Source of the DNA: a virus
Lineage: Duplodnaviria > Caudoviricetes
DNA length: 52,694 nucleotides
Virus record (IMG/VR): IMGVR_UViG_3300037882_000444
Location: 1-52,694 of that record
Reading direction: 5' to 3' (one strand)
A program made the translations under genes and the position numbers. Of the stretch, positions 47,093 through 52,694 are shown one piece after another (the stretch's first letter is position 1; the number at the start of each line of letters is the position of its first letter). The notes beneath the pieces are model-generated. The model ran no database searches. It saw nothing but the letters and a program-made list of their open reading frames with translations, and was not told the DNA's origin.

Positions 47093-47104
47093 AACTTGGT
47101 CAGG

Positions 47105-47132
47105 AGGATATCACGGGTGGTTCGTTTGTCAA
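47105..47132 (-). promoter_or_regulatory. Sigma70-type promoter for clamp loader
   Basis: TTGACA-N16 (ending TGA)-TATCCT, 12 nt before the ATG. Confidence 0.6.
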
Positions 47133-47181
47133 GTGCTGGGCAAGATAATTTCCAATATAACCCCTACCCAATACTAATACG

Positions 47182-47394
47182 TTATTCTCCCTCTTCTTCG
47201 ATAAAGTTTCTGATCTCATTCATAGACATGGTATCATTCTCGTGGATAAAGTCAACCATCGCCTCGCAAAAATCTGCGCCCATAGATGAAAGTTCCTCGT
47301 CTTCCGTTGAATCGAGCAATTCCTGAATTTCATAAACGCAATCCAATAATTTTTCTTCTTTTTCTCTGAGCTTCTTCAATAATTTAGTGTTCAT
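47182..47394 (-). CDS. Small acidic hypothetical protein
   Basis: ORF 47182..47400; ATG 47394 is TAAATA-N6. Confidence 0.6.
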   Translation of the reverse strand: MNTKLLKKLREKEEKLLDCVYEIQELLDSTEDEELSSMGADFCEAMVDFIHENDTMSMNEIRNFIEEEGE

Positions 47395-47479
47395 TTCCAC
47401 TATTTACTCCAACTTATCAAATAACAACATGTTTTAAAAATTTTTATTGTTTAAGAGAGTAGTTTTCATAAATAGTAAT

Positions 47480-49096
47480 ATGAGCGGAATTAAAATTTCA
47501 CAATTACCTACAGCAGCACTCGCTTTGTCTGGTGGGGAAACTGTGGTAATGAACCAAAGGGGATCAACTGTAACTGCGATCCTAAGTGATATCAAGACCT
47601 ATACCAATACTGGTATCAGTGGTGGAGGTGGAACTGGTAATCTTGCTGCATTATCTGCTAATTGGCAGAACACTTATACTACTGTAACTGCTAATTCCGC
47701 TAATTGGAATGGAACTTATACTACTGTTAAAGCAAGTTCAGCTAATTGGCAGGGTGTATATACTACTGTCAATGCGAACTCTGCAAAGTGGGAACTTGCG
47801 TATTCCGCTTCTTTAAGTTCTGGATTGTCAGGTGGGTCCATAGCATTTAACGACATAAACAACAACTTCACTTCTGGACAAACAATTAAAGGGGGTCTTA
47901 CTGCACAATTTTTGCAACTATCTGGGAATTTTTTATCATATAGAACCGGAGGAGTTGGAAGTGGAACAGAAAACAATACTATTATAAGTAACCATTCAAA
48001 TATTGGGAATAGTAGTGGAGTTATTCTTATTGGTATAGATGCTGGGAATGGAGCTTTAAGTGCGAATAGTATGATAATGTTGGGTGTGGCGGTGGGTGAA
48101 AACGCCACCAATGCGAAGAACTCAAACTTTATTGGTAATGGTGTCGGTAATTCCGCTACCAACGCAAACCACTCTAACTTCATTGGATACACCGCTGGTG
48201 CTGGTGCAACAAATGCCAGCACCTCCAATTTTATTGGATTTTTTGCTGGATATGGTGCAACAAATGCCAACAACTCCAATTTTATTGGATATAATGCTGG
48301 AAAAAATTCCACTGGTGCAGCCAGCTCAAATTTTTTGGGTAGGAATTCTGGTGTTAGTGCCACAGGTGCTAGCTATTCAAACTTCTTAGGAAATTTGGCA
48401 GGGCACATTGCCACCAATGCAAGTGATTCCAACTTTTTGGGAAGAACTTCCGGTGCTAATGCCACCGCTGCGAATTTTTCCAACTTTTTGGGAAGATCTT
48501 CTGGTAATAGTGCCACTAACGCCTCCAATTCAAACTTTTTAGGTTATAATTCTGGATTTTCTGCAACAACAGCCTATTATTCAAACTTTTTGGGAAAATC
48601 TTCTGGGTATAGTGCTACTAACGCCTCCAATTCAAACTTTTTAGGATATAAGTCTGGTTATAACGCACCTTTTACATCACATTCAAACTTTTTAGGATAT
48701 AAGTCTGGTTATAACGCAACTTATGCCTCCGATTCAAATTTCTTGGGTAGACAATCTGGTTATAACGCAACTTATGCCTCCAATTCCACTTTTATTGGTA
48801 ATAGTGCTGGATTTGGTTCGACCAACGCATCCAATTCCACTTTTATTGGTAATAGTGCTGGACTTGGTTCCACAGGAACTAGAAATGTGGTTATTGGAAA
48901 TAACTCAACTATGAGTCCAGTCACTCTTAGTGGATGTTTGGTTATTGGTAATAATGCAACTGCAACACAGAATAACAGTATTGTTCTCGGTTCTACATTG
49001 TATCCATACCTAACCTCTGGAACTGGAACCGCAACCGGAGAATATTTGGTGGTTAGAGTTAATGGGGCGAATAGGAAACTTCTATTATTCTCTTGA
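47480..49096 (+). CDS. Putative tail fibre/spike with 17-aa beta-solenoid repeats
   Basis: N-terminal KISQLP; three SANW 14-aa repeats; about 15 SNF(L/I)GxxxGxxATNAxx repeats. Start at ATG 47480. Confidence 0.75.
   Translation: MSGIKISQLPTAALALSGGETVVMNQRGSTVTAILSDIKTYTNTGISGGGGTGNLAALSANWQNTYTTVTANSANWNGTYTTVKASSANWQGVYTTVNANSAKWELAYSASLSSGLSGGSIAFNDINNNFTSGQTIKGGLTAQFLQLSGNFLSYRTGGVGSGTENNTIISNHSNIGNSSGVILIGIDAGNGALSANSMIMLGVAVGENATNAKNSNFIGNGVGNSATNANHSNFIGYTAGAGATNASTSNFIGFFAGYGATNANNSNFIGYNAGKNSTGAASSNFLGRNSGVSATGASYSNFLGNLAGHIATNASDSNFLGRTSGANATAANFSNFLGRSSGNSATNASNSNFLGYNSGFSATTAYYSNFLGKSSGYSATNASNSNFLGYKSGYNAPFTSHSNFLGYKSGYNATYASDSNFLGRQSGYNATYASNSTFIGNSAGFGSTNASNSTFIGNSAGLGSTGTRNVVIGNNSTMSPVTLSGCLVIGNNATATQNNSIVLGSTLYPYLTSGTGTATGEYLVVRVNGANRKLLLFS
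48070..48880 (+). repeat. Degenerate 51-bp coding tandem repeat
   Basis: Recurrent tcaaactttttaggata/ttgggaa units encoding SNFLG; boundaries approximate. Confidence 0.8.
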
Positions 49097-49124
49097 TATT
49101 TCACAACTCCTTGTAAATATCCAC

Positions 49125-49907
49125 ATGAGAGAGATATTTTATGTTTCCGGTCTTCCAAGATCAGGTTCTACCTTGTTGATGAGTCTTCTGGCACAACACC
49201 CCATAGTGAAAACCACCCCAACCTCGGGATTACATGACCTATTATTTGGTATTAAAGGAAACTGGAATAACATTGTGGAACATAAAGCTGATAAAGCCTC
49301 TGGTGATCCAGAAAATCTGAAGCGTGTTCTTAGTTCAACTCTATATTCATATCACAATACAGATAAGCCTGTAATTGTTGATAAGTCAAGAGCGTGGGTC
49401 CATAGTATTGAGATGATTGAGTCAATTACAGGTAAAAGGGCAAAAATTATATGTCCGGTTCGTAATATAACTAATATTTTATCATCTTTTGAAAGATTGT
49501 ATAGAAGAGGGTCGAATCTTGGAATCAACCATTCCCAATTTCAAAACACCGAAGAAAGAATTAATCATTGGGCAAGTAATATGGGAGAAGTCGGGTCGGC
49601 ATATAATCGATTACGTGATGTATTTACTAGAGGTCTTCAGGATAGATTGTGTTTGGTGGAATATGATTCTTTGGTGGGTAATCCTGAATACACAATGAAA
49701 GAAATCTGGAAATACTTAGGAATGGATTGTCCTGATCATGACTTTAATAATGTTGATAATCCAACACCAGAAGATGATTCCGTTTATGGATATATCGATC
49801 TCCACACTATCCGTCCAAAAGTGTTCCCGAATAAATATTCCGCAGAATCAATTATAGGTTCAGATATGTTTGTCAAATACTCAAATTCTGAATTCTGGAG
49901 ATCATAA
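49125..49907 (+). CDS. Sulfotransferase family protein
   Basis: 5'-PSB loop SGLPRSGSTLL, VDKSR, PVRNITNILSSF, VEYDSLVGNP. Start at ATG 49125 (TAAATA-N5). Confidence 0.88.
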   Translation: MREIFYVSGLPRSGSTLLMSLLAQHPIVKTTPTSGLHDLLFGIKGNWNNIVEHKADKASGDPENLKRVLSSTLYSYHNTDKPVIVDKSRAWVHSIEMIESITGKRAKIICPVRNITNILSSFERLYRRGSNLGINHSQFQNTEERINHWASNMGEVGSAYNRLRDVFTRGLQDRLCLVEYDSLVGNPEYTMKEIWKYLGMDCPDHDFNNVDNPTPEDDSVYGYIDLHTIRPKVFPNKYSAESIIGSDMFVKYSNSEFWRS

Positions 49908-49934
49908 TCAAGTATATACTTGTAAATAATAGTA

Positions 49935-52601
49935 ATGGCTTTATCATTACAATTGGGATTCCCTCAGATCCCCAAATCTATAACGAATCCGAACGTAAAT
50001 AAGAAGGATGCACTGGATACATCCGGTCCTTTGTCGTTTTTGACGTTCATTAAGTTGATTAACGTCTCGTTTGAGCCAGATTCTTTACAGGATTACTATA
50101 ACCACTACATTAAGAGTTGGAATTCGATCACTGTATCGTCTCAAACAACCAATGAGAGGCTAGTTGTAGAGAATTATAGGGATTTCTTGAAGGAAATCAC
50201 CCTAAATTACACAACTCTTGAAGAGAAACAGTATCTATCCAAGATAGATTTCAATGATCCATTCGATTTGGACATTGCTATGGGCTTCTATGGTCGCAAA
50301 CTGAGAGAAATCACTCAGTTTTACAACAATAAGAGGAACGATATCAAGTTTAACTTGATCAGAAACAAGATCAAGGGGACTAACTATGGTTCTGAGAAGA
50401 CTGTAATCGAACTTACCTTGAATTATCTCAAGGGATTGGATGATGGTAAGATCCTTTACGACTATGAAGCAGCCAAATCTCAGCTAGAAGTTGAGATTGA
50501 AGAGTTATTTGATACATATCCTCTGTATTTCAACCAGACTCCAGACCCTTTAGTGTATGACAACAAGGATTTGGACTATGGAATGGATCTATTCCTCAAA
50601 TCCAATGCCCAAGTTGAGACAGAATTCTTTTCTTCACTCTCTGACGAACTAAAAGAACTAAAGGAACTTGATGATCTCTTCGATAACAAGAGAAAATTGA
50701 CTCAAAAGAACGTATTCACCAACTTTTACTACCTTTCTACTGGTAGTGTCGTGACAGATTTCCTTTCTGGACAGCTTTTTGAGTCAGATCACGCCATTAA
50801 TGCTTTCTCTAATAGAGATTATCCAACAAGTGCGTCAACTGAACAAGAATGCTGCATCGAAACAGCAAGAGAACGTGGTTTCTTCAGACCATTAAACACT
50901 TCTATTGTCCTTTTGGACGGTATTAACGGTAGTTATGCCTTCAATTTCGACAATTTAACTCCAAATACGCTATATTACTTCCCAGATCCTAATGTTTTGG
51001 GTCGCAATGGTGACGTTATTACCTTTGTTGTCGATGATTCCTTCCTAAAGAAGCATGTTTCATCTGGAAATGCAGTAGATCAACCTGCTTCAAATCCATA
51101 TGACACCAAATACTATGGATATGTGAGTAAGAATGATCCAAATGTTCAGAAGAACTTGGATGTTATCTTCGATCAAGGGTATATCAAGGACTCAAAACGA
51201 GATATCTATGGAAATCTCTTCGGATTATTCAATAATGAGGGTCGATTCGAGTCTCATATTACAATATTGCCGACTTCTGAACGTATTAACATGCTTATCA
51301 ACGGTCATACCTTCTATGATGACCTATATAACGAAGGATTTGCGTTCAATTACCTAACTTTCGATGATTCAACCTATACAGAAACCCTAAGAACTGGTTT
51401 ATCATCATATACTAATGGATTCTTGGGCAATGTTCCAGAGATAAACATCTATGCTGGCTCGTTCCTACCTCTTATAGCGTTTGCAGCACCAACAGAAGAC
51501 GTTTTACTTCCACATTACACTATTTTGGAAGGTGCATATCTGTTGAAAGCTGATAATACACCATATCCAGAGACATATTCATCTGATTTATCAGCATTTG
51601 AGTATCTTCCGGGTCAGTATTACTTCGATGCACTCATTGAATGTGGTGTTCATACAGCTAATCCATATCAAAGACCACTCTTAGATCCATCATTCCCATC
51701 ATTAACAGCCAATATGACTGAAATGGTGAGAACATCAGCCTTGCATGTCTATGATGGTGGTTGGTTTGGACAAATAACAGACTTCGATATATCACTTGGG
51801 GGTCAATCCTATGGATATTCGGGTGAAACTGCTGGTGTTACCGAGTTCTATGCTATATCTAATCTTCCTGTGGACTTCTATGGTAAGATTATGGTGAGAA
51901 ATTCAGACACCAGAACTGTCGATACCATCGTAAACGTCCTACCATACTTGTCAACCAAGTATGATGCAGCTATTGTTGCTGAATTAGAAAACGAAGTAGA
52001 GAAGTTTGAAGTTGTCACTGACATCCTATTCATCGAAACGACCAACTATCTCGTCATTGATAAGGTGAAATACACTAATAGTGCTTTCTTCGACCCTAAA
52101 GTATCTCCTACATACCTTGAACACAATACTGATTGGTGTGATAGAATATCCAACAGGTTCAAAGTGAATAATGGTGTATATTACATACATTTATACACCT
52201 CTACGCCTAGTATATCATCCAATACGGTAACTATATATCCTCGTATCTATAGATTCGACACCATCAACTTCAAGAACGACATCATATTCAATGAAGAATC
52301 TGACATCTTCGAAATCACGAATGATAATGTCCTATTCAGTCATGTCGATCCTCCAACTCTGACATATAATAGCCGAAACAACCTATTCAAATTATCCTAC
52401 TTGTTGAAGGATCAGAACAATACACCTACCCTATTCGAGTATGACTTCAAGGTTGGTTCTACTGTCGAGTTCCTAAGTAAGAGAGAATACTCATTCAATG
52501 GTAATGGATACTCTACCCTATTTGAAGTTGTCCCACCTAGCTTCAATTTCTATATGACCTCAACTACCGTGTTCGCTCAAGACTTTGAAATGCTATTATG
52601 A
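49935..52601 (+). CDS. Large hypothetical structural protein
   Basis: 888 aa, acidic and aromatic-rich; TAAATA-N6-ATG upstream. Confidence 0.7.
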   Translation: MALSLQLGFPQIPKSITNPNVNKKDALDTSGPLSFLTFIKLINVSFEPDSLQDYYNHYIKSWNSITVSSQTTNERLVVENYRDFLKEITLNYTTLEEKQYLSKIDFNDPFDLDIAMGFYGRKLREITQFYNNKRNDIKFNLIRNKIKGTNYGSEKTVIELTLNYLKGLDDGKILYDYEAAKSQLEVEIEELFDTYPLYFNQTPDPLVYDNKDLDYGMDLFLKSNAQVETEFFSSLSDELKELKELDDLFDNKRKLTQKNVFTNFYYLSTGSVVTDFLSGQLFESDHAINAFSNRDYPTSASTEQECCIETARERGFFRPLNTSIVLLDGINGSYAFNFDNLTPNTLYYFPDPNVLGRNGDVITFVVDDSFLKKHVSSGNAVDQPASNPYDTKYYGYVSKNDPNVQKNLDVIFDQGYIKDSKRDIYGNLFGLFNNEGRFESHITILPTSERINMLINGHTFYDDLYNEGFAFNYLTFDDSTYTETLRTGLSSYTNGFLGNVPEINIYAGSFLPLIAFAAPTEDVLLPHYTILEGAYLLKADNTPYPETYSSDLSAFEYLPGQYYFDALIECGVHTANPYQRPLLDPSFPSLTANMTEMVRTSALHVYDGGWFGQITDFDISLGGQSYGYSGETAGVTEFYAISNLPVDFYGKIMVRNSDTRTVDTIVNVLPYLSTKYDAAIVAELENEVEKFEVVTDILFIETTNYLVIDKVKYTNSAFFDPKVSPTYLEHNTDWCDRISNRFKVNNGVYYIHLYTSTPSISSNTVTIYPRIYRFDTINFKNDIIFNEESDIFEITNDNVLFSHVDPPTLTYNSRNNLFKLSYLLKDQNNTPTLFEYDFKVGSTVEFLSKREYSFNGNGYSTLFEVVPPSFNFYMTSTTVFAQDFEMLL

Positions 52602-52694
52602 ACAATTACACCTTAAATCTGTCCTCAAATTCGACCTCTTATATTGCCCACATGGCGCAATTGGAGTTTGACGACTTTACCAGACTTACTCTGG
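52598..52694 (+). CDS. Partial CDS running off the window
   Basis: ATGA overlap with the previous stop; MNNYTLNLSSNSTSY... open to the edge. Confidence 0.55.
   Translation, partial: MNNYTLNLSSNSTSYIAHMAQLEFDDFTRLTL

Noticed and set aside
47716-49158. Antisense ORFs (215 aa and 128 aa) and the periodic DNA as a possible CRISPR array or DGR
   Set aside because: The periodicity is the 51-bp coding repeat of the fibre. There are no unique spacers, no reverse transcriptase and no adenine-specific TR/VR pair.
1-52694. Stop-codon reassignment
   Set aside because: Conserved genes are full length and tightly packed under the standard code; TAA, TAG and TGA all end genes.

Overview
A 52.7 kb fragment of a large T4-like (contractile-tailed) phage genome, standard genetic code. 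The left ~20 kb is a dense minus-strand accessory region. It carries nucleic-acid end repair and translation rescue genes (RNA ligase, 2H phosphoesterase, two PTH2-like proteins, several phosphatases, macrodomain, AEP-like polymerase, DNA ligase, RadA-like ATPase). It also carries membrane genes: PspA with two neighbours, and a voltage-sensor ion channel that runs off the left edge and is missing from the ORF track. The right ~32 kb holds virion morphogenesis genes (terminase, sheath, tube, baseplate, neck, putative head-internal proteins, fibre-like proteins), a clamp loader, a trypsin-like protease and a sulfotransferase. Three free-standing GIY-YIG homing endonucleases are present. The strongest unexplained signal is regulatory: two promoter-like motifs sit at a fixed distance from start codons. 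One is AATTAAAACC-N4-[-10 hexamer]-N6-start (8 of 10 copies, one with N7). The other is TAAATA-N5/6-start (25 sites counted by eye). Both place the start codon at the expected +1, which implies a largely leaderless-mRNA programme, with downstream genes reached through stop/start overlaps. All family calls are by motif recognition, with no database search. No tRNA, rRNA or CRISPR array was recognised.
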